Shown here piece by piece: positions 41,760 through 52,514 of a stretch of 55,352 nt of DNA. Every line of letters starts with the position of its first letter. Positions within the stretch are counted from its first letter, which is position 1. The stretch spans positions 1 through 55,352 of the forward strand of contig CALVQX010000030.1 of assembly GCA_944358405.1 (NCBI GenBank), given 5' to 3'. Below the pieces are notes generated by a model. It was not told the DNA's origin. It made no database searches and worked only from the letters and a program-made list of their open reading frames with translations. The stretch comes from an uncultured Bacilli bacterium (GTDB lineage: Bacteria; Bacillota_I; Bacilli_A; RF39; UBA660). Position numbers and translations under genes: made by a program.

Positions 41760-41871
41760 ATTTTCTCTCCTTTCATATATAAAATATGCAAAAAGTTGAT
41801 GAAGGGAATTCATAACTAACTAATTTTGGTCTATTTTTGTAATTTTTACATATCATTGAACGAGGTGAGAT

Positions 41872-42708
41872 ATGCAAACTTATATCGTTCAGGCCGGAGA
41901 TACTTTATATGGTATTAGTAAGCAATTTGGGATTCCTTTTGAGGAGATTATGGCAGAGAATAATTTGACTACTACTGTAATTACTCCAGGTCAAGTACTT
42001 AAAATTCCAACTTCAGAAACAACTACTTTATATGTTGTAAAAAAAGGAGATACTCTTTATTCTATTGCCAATAAATATGATACTACGGTCTCTGATCTAA
42101 TGGAGCTTAATAATTTAAAAACAAATGTATTATCTATAGGACAACAATTGAGAATTCCAGTTCATCAAGATACTTCAGAAAATTATATTGTTTATACTGT
42201 CAAGGCAGGGGATACTTTATACAAAATTGCTCAGGAGTATGATACTACGGTTCAAGCAATTAAGAGTTCAAATCAATTATCTTCTGATTCTTTAGTAATT
42301 GGTCAACAATTGAAAATACCAGTAGAAGGATCTTCTACGCCACCTGTTTCTAATTATCAAACTTATATTGTTCAATCGGGGGATACTTTATATAAAATTG
42401 CTTTAGAGTTTGGAATGACTGTAGATGAATTGATTGAGGTAAATGAGTTAGAAAATAATAATTTGGTTGTTGGCCAAGTTTTAAGGGTAAAAAAGCAATC
42501 CCTTCCTGATATTCCTATTGGAAGTGAATGCTATGGTACAGGATATGTAGAGCCAACGTTTGTTACTTATACAGTAAAAAGCGGGGATAATCTTTATGCG
42601 ATTGCTAGAAAATATAATACTAGCGTTGAAAATTTAAAATTATTAAATGGATTGACTAGTGACAATTTATCTATTGGTCAAGTCTTAAAAATAAGGGAGG
42701 TTAGTTAA
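41872..42708 (+). CDS. Protein with five LysM domains
   Basis: Five Y.V..GD.LY.IA...GQ.L.I units; no signal peptide or catalytic domain; sigmaE-like CATATCAT at 41849-41856. Confidence 0.92.
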   Translation: MQTYIVQAGDTLYGISKQFGIPFEEIMAENNLTTTVITPGQVLKIPTSETTTLYVVKKGDTLYSIANKYDTTVSDLMELNNLKTNVLSIGQQLRIPVHQDTSENYIVYTVKAGDTLYKIAQEYDTTVQAIKSSNQLSSDSLVIGQQLKIPVEGSSTPPVSNYQTYIVQSGDTLYKIALEFGMTVDELIEVNELENNNLVVGQVLRVKKQSLPDIPIGSECYGTGYVEPTFVTYTVKSGDNLYAIARKYNTSVENLKLLNGLTSDNLSIGQVLKIREVS

Positions 42709-42710
42709 TC

Positions 42711-43124
42711 ATGTTCATTAGTTTTGAAGATTTTAAAAAGATGCCTGAATATACTGAATTTGTTCAGCAGAATCCTGATATTGGTCATTTAAAGGTTGAA
42801 GCATTTACTGCTTATGGGGCAATCCCTATTTCTGATACTGAAATTATTATTACCAAAGAAATTGGTGATTATCGAGTTGTTTTTTTTAGGGGGTATACAG
42901 ATTCTAGTGGAATTATTTCTGATATTTCTTTGCCGGCTCCTGTTACGGTGATTAACCCAAATATTGTTCCAGGATATACGGTTTATGATTTAACAGCAAT
43001 TCATCAGGGGTATGAGACAATTAAAAGATATTCTATTGGAATGTTTGGAGGAGTTAATATTTTACAGTATGTTAAGATGACACCTGAGGTTATTTTGGAA
43101 GGAGTCGTACAAAATGGCAATTAG
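42711..43124 (+). CDS. SleC N-terminal-prodomain-like protein
   Basis: G.L.V...P...T..SG....LPAP...Y.L.A...GYET pattern recalls the clostridial SleC N-terminus. Confidence 0.65.
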   Translation: MFISFEDFKKMPEYTEFVQQNPDIGHLKVEAFTAYGAIPISDTEIIITKEIGDYRVVFFRGYTDSSGIISDISLPAPVTVINPNIVPGYTVYDLTAIHQGYETIKRYSIGMFGGVNILQYVKMTPEVILEGVVQNGN

Positions 43125-44466
43125 ATCGCCTATTGTTCCTACAGAAATTGTAGTTCATTTAGGGGAACCTGATGAAGCTGCGAAAAATATTACTGTTTCT
43201 TTTCAGGAATATATTAAAAATGTTGCATCAGGTGAAATTTATCCTAACTGGCCCTTAGATTCTGTAAAAGCGAATATCTTAGCCCAAATTTCTTTTGCCT
43301 TAAATCGTGTTTATAATGAATGGTATCGTTCTAAGGGATATGATTTTGATATTACTAGTAGTCCAGTTTATGATCAGTCTTTTGCTGAAAACCGGCAATT
43401 TTTTGAACGAGTTTCTCAAGTAGTAGATGATATTTTTAATAATTATATTGTAAAAAATGGTCAAGTTCAACCTTTGTTTGCCCAATACTGTGATGGGAAA
43501 ACAACTACATGTGATGGACTTTCTCAGTGGGGAACTGTTACTTTGGCAGAACAAGGATATTCTCCTCTTGAAATTTTAAAGCATTACTATGGAGATGATA
43601 TTAAATTAATTTATAATGCTCCTGTAGAGGAAAATATTATGAGTTATCCGGGATTTCCTATTCAACTTGGAACGACAGGAGATTTTGCTCGGATGATTAA
43701 AATTCAATTAAACCGAATTGCTCAAAATTATCCAGCAATTCCAGTGATTACAGATGATAGTGTCTTTTTTACAGTGGAGACAGAACGGGCTGTTAGCAAA
43801 TTTCAGGAAATCTTTGATTTAGTTCCGTCAGGGATTGTAGATAAGGCTACTTGGTATAAAATTAAATATTTGTATAATGCTGTTAAAAATATCGCGGATT
43901 TATATTCGGAAGGAATTTCTGTTGATGAAGCGACACTGATTTATAATCCTACTTTGCAATATGGGGATAAGGGAAATTATTTATTACCATTAAATTATTT
44001 ATTAAATACAGTTGCTTATTTTGATTCTTCGGATATTCCTTTTTTAAATTTACAAGGTCCAGAATTTACTAAAGATACTCAGCAGATGGTGATCGCTTTT
44101 CAGAATAAATATAATATTACTACAAATGGAATTGTCGATGCCAATACTTGGAAAGCTTTAAAAGAAGCTTATGATCAAACTTTGGCTATGATCCCTAAAG
44201 AATATTTATCTAATATTGATGAACTATATCCAGGGTTATTTTTATCTAAAGGAATGGAGGGAGATAATATTATTAATTTACAAAGATTTTTGTATTTGAT
44301 CTGTGAAAAGTCTCATGATATTCCTGGGGTTAAAGTAAATGGAATCTTTGATTCTTTGACAGAACAATCTGTAAAAGCAATTCAAAGAAGGTATAATTTA
44401 GAGGAAAATGGCGTTGTTGGTCCAGGAACTTGGTATCGGATTGTTGAATTATCTAAGGAAAATTAA
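43114..44466 (+). CDS. sleC: SleC-like spore cortex-lytic enzyme with C-terminal peptidoglycan-binding domains
   Basis: VP..IVVH.G.P, YIKNVAS.EIY..WP, LNRVY.EWY, AQYCDG, LSQWG, three PG_binding-like repeats. Confidence 0.85.
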   Translation: MAIRSPIVPTEIVVHLGEPDEAAKNITVSFQEYIKNVASGEIYPNWPLDSVKANILAQISFALNRVYNEWYRSKGYDFDITSSPVYDQSFAENRQFFERVSQVVDDIFNNYIVKNGQVQPLFAQYCDGKTTTCDGLSQWGTVTLAEQGYSPLEILKHYYGDDIKLIYNAPVEENIMSYPGFPIQLGTTGDFARMIKIQLNRIAQNYPAIPVITDDSVFFTVETERAVSKFQEIFDLVPSGIVDKATWYKIKYLYNAVKNIADLYSEGISVDEATLIYNPTLQYGDKGNYLLPLNYLLNTVAYFDSSDIPFLNLQGPEFTKDTQQMVIAFQNKYNITTNGIVDANTWKALKEAYDQTLAMIPKEYLSNIDELYPGLFLSKGMEGDNIINLQRFLYLICEKSHDIPGVKVNGIFDSLTEQSVKAIQRRYNLEENGVVGPGTWYRIVELSKEN

Positions 44467-44616
44467 AAATGATTTCAAGACTGTGTAATTTTTGTGGTTG
44501 ACTAAAATGGTAAAGTTTTATGTCAACTTTTTTGTTATTGGAGAAAAAAATGGGAAATTTATTTGTGCCATGATATAATATTGATGATATGGAGAGGTTG
44601 AGAAGAGGAAATCGGT

Positions 44617-45675
44617 ATGAATGAAAAATTTGGGGAAGTAAGGAAGTACTTAAAAAAGAGAAAAGAACAAGTTATCTTAGAGCTTATCATACGAGATTAT
44701 GATAAATCAAACTTTTATATTGCTTTGGTTTTTAATACAAAAATAGAGAAGTTTAAAGTTTTATTTATTCCTTTTGATGTGGTTGATAAGCGCAATTTAG
44801 ACGAATATGTTTGCTATCAATTTATTCATGTTTCTTTGGTTAATTATATTTTGCAAACTTTTCGTCATTCGAGAAAGATTTATTTAGATGATAATTTTAG
44901 AGATCATTTGAATCGTAATATTAGTAATTATTACATTGAGCTTCATACTTATATTGATGGAGAAGATTATACTTTTGTTACTACTCAGTATATTCCTAAA
45001 GAATGGATATTCTTATTTGAGGTCATTGTCATTTTATTTGAACATGTTCCTAATATTATGGGAGAGTTGTGTAAAACTATTTTAATGCCATTTGATGATT
45101 CGGCAGATATTATAGAATATAAAACTTCTTTCAATTTTAATTTGTTTGAAGATGATTTAACGCAGATTTTTTCTCCTTCTGTCGTTTTCATGGGGGAAGA
45201 ACTTTATTCTAAGCATAATGTTTTGTTTTTAGAAAAAGTTAATGGAAAATATTTTGCTATTGTTCATTGCCATATTGTTGTGGTTGAGTATAATGAAGAT
45301 AAAAAAGTTTTAAATTCCTATTGTGATTGTTCTTCGCCAGGATATGATGCTCATATCTATGCGGTGATTCGGGGAATTTTGGATCAGCAATTTCGTCCTT
45401 TTTATAAACTTATGGTAGTTGATGATAAGGATGATTTTTCTTTGCCTAATGTTATTGCTAGATATTATTTGTGTTATGGAATGGAAAATGATGCTTTGTT
45501 AGTTATTCATGGTTCTAAGAAAAAGTATCTGCCACTTTCTATGCTTCTTGAAGGATTGATTAAAGTTATTTCTGATCCTAATAGAGAACTTGAAAAACAA
45601 ATACGCAAGCAGTTAAGTAAGAAGCTTTCTAAGGAAGAATTGGAAGAGATTTTGTTGTATATTCGGAAAAATTAG
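44617..45675 (+). CDS. Hypothetical protein with degenerate SWIM-like motif
   Basis: YCDC....YDAHIYAV. Confidence 0.6.
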   Translation: MNEKFGEVRKYLKKRKEQVILELIIRDYDKSNFYIALVFNTKIEKFKVLFIPFDVVDKRNLDEYVCYQFIHVSLVNYILQTFRHSRKIYLDDNFRDHLNRNISNYYIELHTYIDGEDYTFVTTQYIPKEWIFLFEVIVILFEHVPNIMGELCKTILMPFDDSADIIEYKTSFNFNLFEDDLTQIFSPSVVFMGEELYSKHNVLFLEKVNGKYFAIVHCHIVVVEYNEDKKVLNSYCDCSSPGYDAHIYAVIRGILDQQFRPFYKLMVVDDKDDFSLPNVIARYYLCYGMENDALLVIHGSKKKYLPLSMLLEGLIKVISDPNRELEKQIRKQLSKKLSKEELEEILLYIRKN

Positions 45676-45728
45676 GATACATACTTTCTTGTTTTATTCA
45701 GAAATAGTATGGTTTTTATCTGTAATTT

Positions 45729-45770
45729 TTAGCACTCCTTATTGACAACTGCTAATAATCGTGTTATAAA
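45729..45770 (+). promoter_or_regulatory. CIRCE overlapping the htpG sigmaA promoter
   Basis: TTAGCACTC-N9-AACTGCTAA (45729-45755); TTGACA-N17-TATAAA with extended TG. Confidence 0.85.
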
Positions 45771-45804
45771 TAAATTGTGATCAAATATTAAGGAGATGAT
45801 TTAG

Positions 45805-47685
45805 TTGGAAAAAAAGGAATTTAAGTCAGAATCAAAGCGATTGCTAGATTTGATGATTAACTCTATTTATACCAATAAGGATATATTTTTAAGAGAATTG
45901 ATTTCTAATGCTAGTGATGCACTAGATAAATTATATTATCGTTCTTTAACGGATAAAGAAGTTAAAGTAGATAAAGATGATTTAATTATTCACTTAGCAT
46001 TTGATAAGGAAAAAAGAACGATCACAATTACTGATACTGGTTGTGGTATGACAAAAGAAGAGCTTGAGGAGAATCTTGGTACGATTGCTAAAAGTGGATC
46101 TTTAGCTTTTAAAGAGAATATGAGTCAAGAGGAAAAAGTTGATATTATTGGTCAATTTGGTGTTGGTTTTTATTCTGCTTTTATGGTTAGTGATCGTATT
46201 ACGGTAACTTCTAAATCTGTTGACAGCGAAGATGCTTATGTATGGGAAAGTGAGGGTGTCGATGGATATACGATTAAGAAAGCTAAGAAGAAGGAATTAG
46301 GTACTACGATTGTTCTTCATTTGAAAGAGGATACGGAAGAGGAAGATTATAGTAAATATTTAGATGAATATGAATTGAAAAGTTTAGTTCAAAAGTATTC
46401 TGATTATATTCGTTTCCCAATTCAAATGGAAGTTACTCATCATCATTTGAAAGATGAAGAGAAGAAAGAATATGAAGATGTGTTAGAAACCGAAACTTTG
46501 AATAGCATGGTTCCAATTTGGAAGAAGAATAAAAATGATGTTTTGGATGAAGATTATGAAAACTTCTATATGTCTAAGTTTAATGATTATGATAAACCAT
46601 TGAAAGTGATTTCTTCTTCTGTTGAGGGAATGTGTTCTTATCAAGCATTATTATTTATACCAAGTCATGCTCCATATGATTATTACACTCAGGATTATGA
46701 AAAAGGATTAAGCCTTTATTCTAATGGTGTTTTGATTATGGAAAAATGTAGTGATCTATTACCTGATTATTTTAGTTTTGTCAAAGGTGTTGTAGATACA
46801 GAAGATGTTTCTTTGAATATTTCTAGGGAGATGCTACAAGAGGATCATAGCTTAAAGTTGATTGCTAAAAACATCGAAAGTAAAATTAGAAAAGAATTAG
46901 GAGAAATGTTGAAAAATGATCGAGAAAATTATATTTCTTTCTTTAAGACTTTTGGTGTTCAGTTAAAGTATGGTATTTATAATAATTTTGGTCAAGATAA
47001 GGATAAATTAGTTGATTTGATCATGTTTTATTCGGCAAAGAAAGAAAAATTGATTACTTTGAAAGAATATATTGATCATATGAAAGAAGATCAGGAAAAG
47101 ATTTATTATGCTTCTGGTGCTTCGATTGCTAAAGTTGCAGCTCTTCCTCAAGTAGAGCAAGTTCGTGAAAAAGATTATGATATTTTATATTTAACTGATT
47201 ACGTTGATGAATTTGCAATTACGGCTATTCAGGAATATGAAGGTAAGAAATTTGCTAATGTCGAAAGTGAAGATTTGGACTTAGAAAGTGATGAGGAAAA
47301 AGATGCAATTAAGAAGGTAAATGAGGATAATTCTGATTTATTGGAAGAGATGAAGGAGGAATTGAAGGAGGTTTCAGATGTTCGTTTTACTAATAAATTA
47401 AAAACACATCCAGTATGCTTGACTAGTAAAGGTGATGTTTCTATTGAGATGCAGAAAGTATTTGATGCTATGCCTAATCAAATGGGAATTAAAGCACAAA
47501 TGGTTTTGGAGATTAATGAAGGACATCCAATTGCAGATAAATTAAAGAAATTGTATCAGGAAGATAAAGAACAATTCTTGAATTATACTAAAATTTTGTA
47601 TTCTGAAGCTAGAATGATTGCTGGACTTCCAATCGAGAATCCAACGGAAATTTCTAATTTAATTTGTGATGTAATTTCTAAGTAA
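45805..47685 (+). CDS. htpG: Hsp90 chaperone HtpG
   Basis: FLRELISNASDA, DTG.GM, IGQFGVGFYS, LNISRE, LEIN..HP. Confidence 0.97.
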   Translation: MEKKEFKSESKRLLDLMINSIYTNKDIFLRELISNASDALDKLYYRSLTDKEVKVDKDDLIIHLAFDKEKRTITITDTGCGMTKEELEENLGTIAKSGSLAFKENMSQEEKVDIIGQFGVGFYSAFMVSDRITVTSKSVDSEDAYVWESEGVDGYTIKKAKKKELGTTIVLHLKEDTEEEDYSKYLDEYELKSLVQKYSDYIRFPIQMEVTHHHLKDEEKKEYEDVLETETLNSMVPIWKKNKNDVLDEDYENFYMSKFNDYDKPLKVISSSVEGMCSYQALLFIPSHAPYDYYTQDYEKGLSLYSNGVLIMEKCSDLLPDYFSFVKGVVDTEDVSLNISREMLQEDHSLKLIAKNIESKIRKELGEMLKNDRENYISFFKTFGVQLKYGIYNNFGQDKDKLVDLIMFYSAKKEKLITLKEYIDHMKEDQEKIYYASGASIAKVAALPQVEQVREKDYDILYLTDYVDEFAITAIQEYEGKKFANVESEDLDLESDEEKDAIKKVNEDNSDLLEEMKEELKEVSDVRFTNKLKTHPVCLTSKGDVSIEMQKVFDAMPNQMGIKAQMVLEINEGHPIADKLKKLYQEDKEQFLNYTKILYSEARMIAGLPIENPTEISNLICDVISK

Positions 47686-47767
47686 AAGATAAAGAGCTTG
47701 TATGATATGAATTTCGTTTCTTGAACATAGAAACGAGAGTCAGTTCAAATGAGCTCTTTTTTAATAA

Positions 47768-47800
47768 AAAACTTTCAAGCTATATTAGACTTGAAAGTTT
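47768..47800. terminator. Terminator hairpin
   Basis: AAACTTTCAAG...CTTGAAAGTTT. Confidence 0.6.
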
Positions 47801-47803
47801 AAA

Positions 47804-48391
47804 TTATTTTTTTAAAATTGTTTTTTGATAACATTTTACTGGGCCTTTTAAAGTACCAAGAACACTTAATAAATTTTCTTCTTTGGTTGATACGATTTCT
47901 ACTGTATCTTCTTCTTGTTGATAGTCTAAACCAGTGTACCACCAATCTGTAATGATAGAGTGTTCTACTCTTAATTCTTTGCTTGCTTGTTGCATTAGTT
48001 TTTTGTTGTATACTTTCATAAATTGCTTGATTTCTTTCTCACTAGAATCCATATAAATGAATTTCCAAAGAGGTTGAAGGTGAGTTGCATAATACTCTCC
48101 TTCTTCTAATGGTGTGAATAGTTCTAACTTTTGAAATGATTGAGCTAATTGCTGCTTGTTTTCCTTTGGTTGATGTAACATTTGAAAGTTTGAGAAATCA
48201 CTTAATGATTGATAGGTATTATCTTCCTGTTTAGCAAATAATTCTTTATTTAAGGTTATGTCATAATAGGGATAACTTTCTATTTGATCTCTTTTGGTAT
48301 ACTTTAATTTTATGATTTTATTTCCCATATAAATGTTAGAAAACCTTATTTTTCCTTCAGGAATTTGTAAATTTATTTTATTGTTATTCAT
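47804..48391 (-). CDS. Hypothetical protein
   Basis: 195-aa ORF with AAGGAG RBS. Confidence 0.65.
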   Translation of the reverse strand: MNNNKINLQIPEGKIRFSNIYMGNKIIKLKYTKRDQIESYPYYDITLNKELFAKQEDNTYQSLSDFSNFQMLHQPKENKQQLAQSFQKLELFTPLEEGEYYATHLQPLWKFIYMDSSEKEIKQFMKVYNKKLMQQASKELRVEHSIITDWWYTGLDYQQEEDTVEIVSTKEENLLSVLGTLKGPVKCYQKTILKK

Positions 48392-48555
48392 CGGTAAGCT
48401 CCTTTCGACTTTTTATTATAATATGTATTTTCTTATAAAGCAATGTTTTTTATTGATCGTTTGCTTAAAATAGTTAGGAATTTATCAAAAAATGTTTTTT
48501 CTTTGAAAAATCATGATATAATAACTATAGAATAGAAGAGGAAGGTTGTGTTATT

Positions 48556-49338
48556 TTGAAATTGGATGGAAAAGTTGCTATTGTAACTGGTGGAGCCATG
48601 GGAAATGGTTTAGGAATTGTCAAGGTATTTTTGAAGTATGGTGCGGATGTTGTTGTCATTGATTATTCTGATAAAATTTCATCTACTTTGAAAGAGTTAA
48701 ATCATCCAAAATTAATGGGATATAAGGCAGATATTCGTGATGAAAAAATGCTTCGAGCTATTGTTTCAGATATTCTTGCAAAAAAGGGAAAGATAGATAT
48801 TTTAGTTAATAATGCTGGTATTGCTAAACTTGAGAAGTTTGTTACTATGAGTACAGAGATTAGAGATACTCATTTTGATATTAATATTAAAGGTACTTGG
48901 AATATGACTCAAGCAGTTGTTCCTCATATGATAGAAAGACAGTATGGTAAAATTATTAATTTATCTAGTGTTACTGGTCCTATGGTAGCAGATCCAGGTG
49001 AGGTTGCTTATGCAACTACGAAAGCAGCTATTTTAGGATTTACAAAAAGTTTAGCTATGGAATTAGTATCTCATCATATTAATGTAAATGCTATTATGCC
49101 TGGTTATATTATGACTCCAATGGTAGAAGGAATTGCTCTTGATTCTAATCAAGATAATCCAAAGCAAGTAATTCAAGGAATTGCTGATGGAATTCCTATG
49201 GGTAGACTTGGTACTATTGAAGAATTGGGTGAATTAGCAGCATTTTTGGCTAGTGATGATGCAAGTTATATTACAGGGCAAGGAATTGTAATTGATGGAG
49301 CATCTACTTTACCAGAAACTAGAAGTGTTGGTGTATAG
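48556..49338 (+). CDS. Short-chain dehydrogenase, UcpA-like
   Basis: TGGAMGNG, NNAG, YATTK, SSVTGPMVADPGE. Confidence 0.92.
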   Translation: MKLDGKVAIVTGGAMGNGLGIVKVFLKYGADVVVIDYSDKISSTLKELNHPKLMGYKADIRDEKMLRAIVSDILAKKGKIDILVNNAGIAKLEKFVTMSTEIRDTHFDINIKGTWNMTQAVVPHMIERQYGKIINLSSVTGPMVADPGEVAYATTKAAILGFTKSLAMELVSHHINVNAIMPGYIMTPMVEGIALDSNQDNPKQVIQGIADGIPMGRLGTIEELGELAAFLASDDASYITGQGIVIDGASTLPETRSVGV

Positions 49339-49664
49339 TAAAATCTGTGGTTTTAACTTATTCATTTATTTCAAATGGCAAGATTTATTTATGAATTTTG
49401 CTTTTTTATTTGCAAATTAGAGATCGGAAGTTGTAAAAGAAAAGATTATATTATTGAGATCTATGTGAATGAATAAAAACTATATATATAATTCATATGA
49501 AAGAGTAAAATATAAAGATGATTATCAGGATTTGGGTTTTGAAGAAAGTATGCTCTTTTTCTATAAGTTTAGAAATTAGAAGAGGGGATATCTTTTTTTA
49601 ATTATTAGAAATTTCTTTTTTCATTTCTTTTTTGATATAATATTGTGTAAAGAGGTGATGTCTA

Positions 49665-50144
49665 TTGCGTTATACTAAAAGATATATCATAACGAAAGAA
49701 ATATTAGATACTCTTCCTATAAGTGAACCTGTTAGATATGAGCGTTACTATATTCATGATCGGCTGAGAATTCAAAAGAAGGGAAATGTTTTGGAGCGAG
49801 AACGATTAGATGATGCTAATTCAGTGATAGAAAAGTCAGAGATTTCTTTAGAAGAATTTGAAATATTGAAGATAGGGGCATATAATCAAATTATTAGGGA
49901 TAGTTATTTGCATTTACCAGATATTAGAGTATCAATCAAAGAATACCGTGAAAAATATCTTGGCTTGATTCGAGTAGAAGTAAAATTAGATACAGAAGAG
50001 GAAGTGCGAAATTATCAAAAGGAGAACTGGATGTTGATGGATATTACTAATTCTTTATTAGCATTTGATAAAGATTTAAGTAAGTTATCTTCTTTGGAGT
50101 TTCAAAAGGAATTAAAAAAATATAGTAGAATGAAAAAGGATTGA
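49665..50144 (+). CDS. CYTH-like hypothetical protein
   Basis: RLRI, EIS.EEF, L...EV...EEE...W..DIT pattern. Confidence 0.55.
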   Translation: MRYTKRYIITKEILDTLPISEPVRYERYYIHDRLRIQKKGNVLERERLDDANSVIEKSEISLEEFEILKIGAYNQIIRDSYLHLPDIRVSIKEYREKYLGLIRVEVKLDTEEEVRNYQKENWMLMDITNSLLAFDKDLSKLSSLEFQKELKKYSRMKKD

Positions 50145-50154
50145 GGTTTATAAG

Positions 50155-50643
50155 ATAAAAGCAATTATTTATCAAAGTAAGACAGGACATACTATGGAGT
50201 ATGCGAAGATGTTAAGTGAAAAGTTAAAAATTCCATGTTATTCAGTGAAAAATGCTAGTAAATATTTCAAGAAAAAAGATGCAATTATTTATTTAGGGTG
50301 GATTCGTGCAACAACTGTTGTGGGTTATAAAAAAATAAGTAGAAAATATCAGATTATTTCTGTAGGAGCGGTTGGCGCTTATCCTAAAAGTAATGAGTAT
50401 GTAGAACAATTGATGAAGTATAATCATATAAAACAGCAATTATTTTATTTACGTGGCGGAATTGACTATGAAAAATTAAACAAGTTTTATCAAAAATTAT
50501 TAAAGTTAGTAGGAAAGGCAATTATTATGGAAAATCCGAAGGATAAAGAAATGAGTCGTTTATTTCAACAAGGAGGAAATTTTGTAAATCTAAAACAGCT
50601 TAGTCCCATGATCAGTTATATCAAAGAAAAAGATATGAATTAA
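50155..50643 (+). CDS. Flavodoxin-domain protein without a canonical start at its natural N-terminus
   Basis: In-frame IKAIIYQSKTGHT precedes the called ATG 50194; FYLRGG.D motif. Confidence 0.65.
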   Translation: MKAIIYQSKTGHTMEYAKMLSEKLKIPCYSVKNASKYFKKKDAIIYLGWIRATTVVGYKKISRKYQIISVGAVGAYPKSNEYVEQLMKYNHIKQQLFYLRGGIDYEKLNKFYQKLLKLVGKAIIMENPKDKEMSRLFQQGGNFVNLKQLSPMISYIKEKDMN

Positions 50644-50881
50644 TAAAGGATGAAACATCATATCATATGATAGCCCAAAGGTAATGAAGGATTTAGAAAA
50701 TAATTTATCAAAAGTAGGCAGGAGTCAAGAAAATCGAAAAATCGCGGAAAATAGAAAATTATAAAGTAATATTTTTAACAATTAAAAAATTTTTGGAATG
50801 AATATTTTAAGGTATAAAAATGCTGTAAGCATGTGGTTTTAATTGTGAAAAAACAAAATAATAAATAGATGGGGTGACATC

Positions 50882-52504
50882 ATGAAAGGACAGAACATGT
50901 ATCTGGCATTCGGTAGTGAAGTAATTTATGATGATGCAGAATTTTATATTGAAGAAAAGGATAAAGTAGGTGTAGTTGGAGTTAATGGTGCAGGGAAGAC
51001 TACTTTATTTAAAATTATTTTAAAAGAAGAACGTTTGGATAGTGGAAAAGTAATTGTAAATAATAAAAAAATTGGTTATCTTCCACAAGAGATTAGTTTT
51101 GATGATCAAGAAATGAATGTTTTAGACTATCTCTATAGCGCAAGACCAATTGAAAAACTAGAAAAAGAATTAAATAGCATTTATGAAAAATTATCAAATG
51201 TAGAAAGTAAAGCACAAACAAAGTTATTAAAGCAGGCAGAAAAAATTCAAAATGAACTAGATAGTCTTCATCAATATACTGCAGAAGATGAACTTTTATC
51301 TTTAATTGAAAATATGAAAATAGAAAGTGAATTATTAGAGATGAGGGTAGGAGATTTATCTGGAGGTCAAAAATCAAAGGTGGCTTTTGCACGACTTCTT
51401 TTTTCTGCTTCTGATATCTTACTTTTGGATGAACCAACAAACCACTTAGATATGAAGACTAAAGATTTTGTTACTGACTACTTAAAAAACTATCTCGGTA
51501 TGGTTTTAGTCATCAGCCATGATGTTGCTTTTTTAAATGAAGTAATTACGAAGACTATGTTTATTAATAAAGTCACTCATAAAATAAAGGTTTATAAGGG
51601 AAATTATAAAGAGTTTAAAAGGTTATATGCGGATGAAATGATGCAAAAAGAAATAAGAATAAAAGAACAGATGCGGGAAATAAAGCATTTACAAGAAGTT
51701 GTAAAACAGGCAGAACAAGCCTCTCGTACTAATCATAAATTAAAGAAAATGGGGCAGTCTCGTAAAAAATTATTAGAAAAAAAATTGGACGAATTAGAAA
51801 CAAGAGAACAAACTTATAAAACAGTTACTATGAATGTAGATCCATTAGAGCGTAGTGGAAAAATTCCTCTAGAAGTAAATCATTTAACTTTCCATTATCC
51901 AAATAAAAAAGATTTATATCGTAATCTTTCTTTTCAAATGGTAAGAGGAGAAAAATTTTTAATTGTTGGGGAAAACGGGGTAGGAAAGTCAACTCTATTA
52001 AAACTAATTATGAAACAGTTGATTCCTATTCAGGGAGAAATTGAATATGGATATCATGCAAGTATTGCTTATTATGCCCAAGAGCTAGAAATTCTAGATG
52101 AAGAAAAAACAATTTTAGAAAATATTGATAATCCTAACTATAATGATCAAGAACTAAGAACATTTTTAGGGAATTTTTTATTTTCTAATGATGATGTATT
52201 TAAAAAAGTGAGTGTTTTATCGCCTGGAGAAAAAGCAAGGGTTGCTTTGTGTAAAATATTAATTCAAAGAACTAATATCATCATTTTAGATGAACCAACG
52301 AATCATTTTGATCCAGAAACACAAGAAGTTATTGGCGAAAACTTTAAAAATTATACAGGTACTTTAATTATGGTTAGTCATAATCCTGCTTTTGTAGAAC
52401 AAATAGGTGTAACTAGGATGTTAGTGCTACCTGAGGGAAAAATCGTAGAGTATAAAAAAGAACTTCTACATTACTATTATTATTTAAATACAGAATTAGT
52501 ATAA
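50882..52504 (+). CDS. ABC-F family ATPase
   Basis: GVNGAGKT / GENGVGKS, LSGGQ / LSPGE, two LDEPTNH, no TM segments. Confidence 0.93.
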   Translation: MKGQNMYLAFGSEVIYDDAEFYIEEKDKVGVVGVNGAGKTTLFKIILKEERLDSGKVIVNNKKIGYLPQEISFDDQEMNVLDYLYSARPIEKLEKELNSIYEKLSNVESKAQTKLLKQAEKIQNELDSLHQYTAEDELLSLIENMKIESELLEMRVGDLSGGQKSKVAFARLLFSASDILLLDEPTNHLDMKTKDFVTDYLKNYLGMVLVISHDVAFLNEVITKTMFINKVTHKIKVYKGNYKEFKRLYADEMMQKEIRIKEQMREIKHLQEVVKQAEQASRTNHKLKKMGQSRKKLLEKKLDELETREQTYKTVTMNVDPLERSGKIPLEVNHLTFHYPNKKDLYRNLSFQMVRGEKFLIVGENGVGKSTLLKLIMKQLIPIQGEIEYGYHASIAYYAQELEILDEEKTILENIDNPNYNDQELRTFLGNFLFSNDDVFKKVSVLSPGEKARVALCKILIQRTNIIILDEPTNHFDPETQEVIGENFKNYTGTLIMVSHNPAFVEQIGVTRMLVLPEGKIVEYKKELLHYYYYLNTELV

Positions 52505-52514
52505 GGAGGGTTTT

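Noticed and set aside
41383-41819. Plus-strand ORFs 41383-41724 and 41577-41819
   Set aside because: Shadows of the 5' collagen segment; the RBS is on the minus strand.
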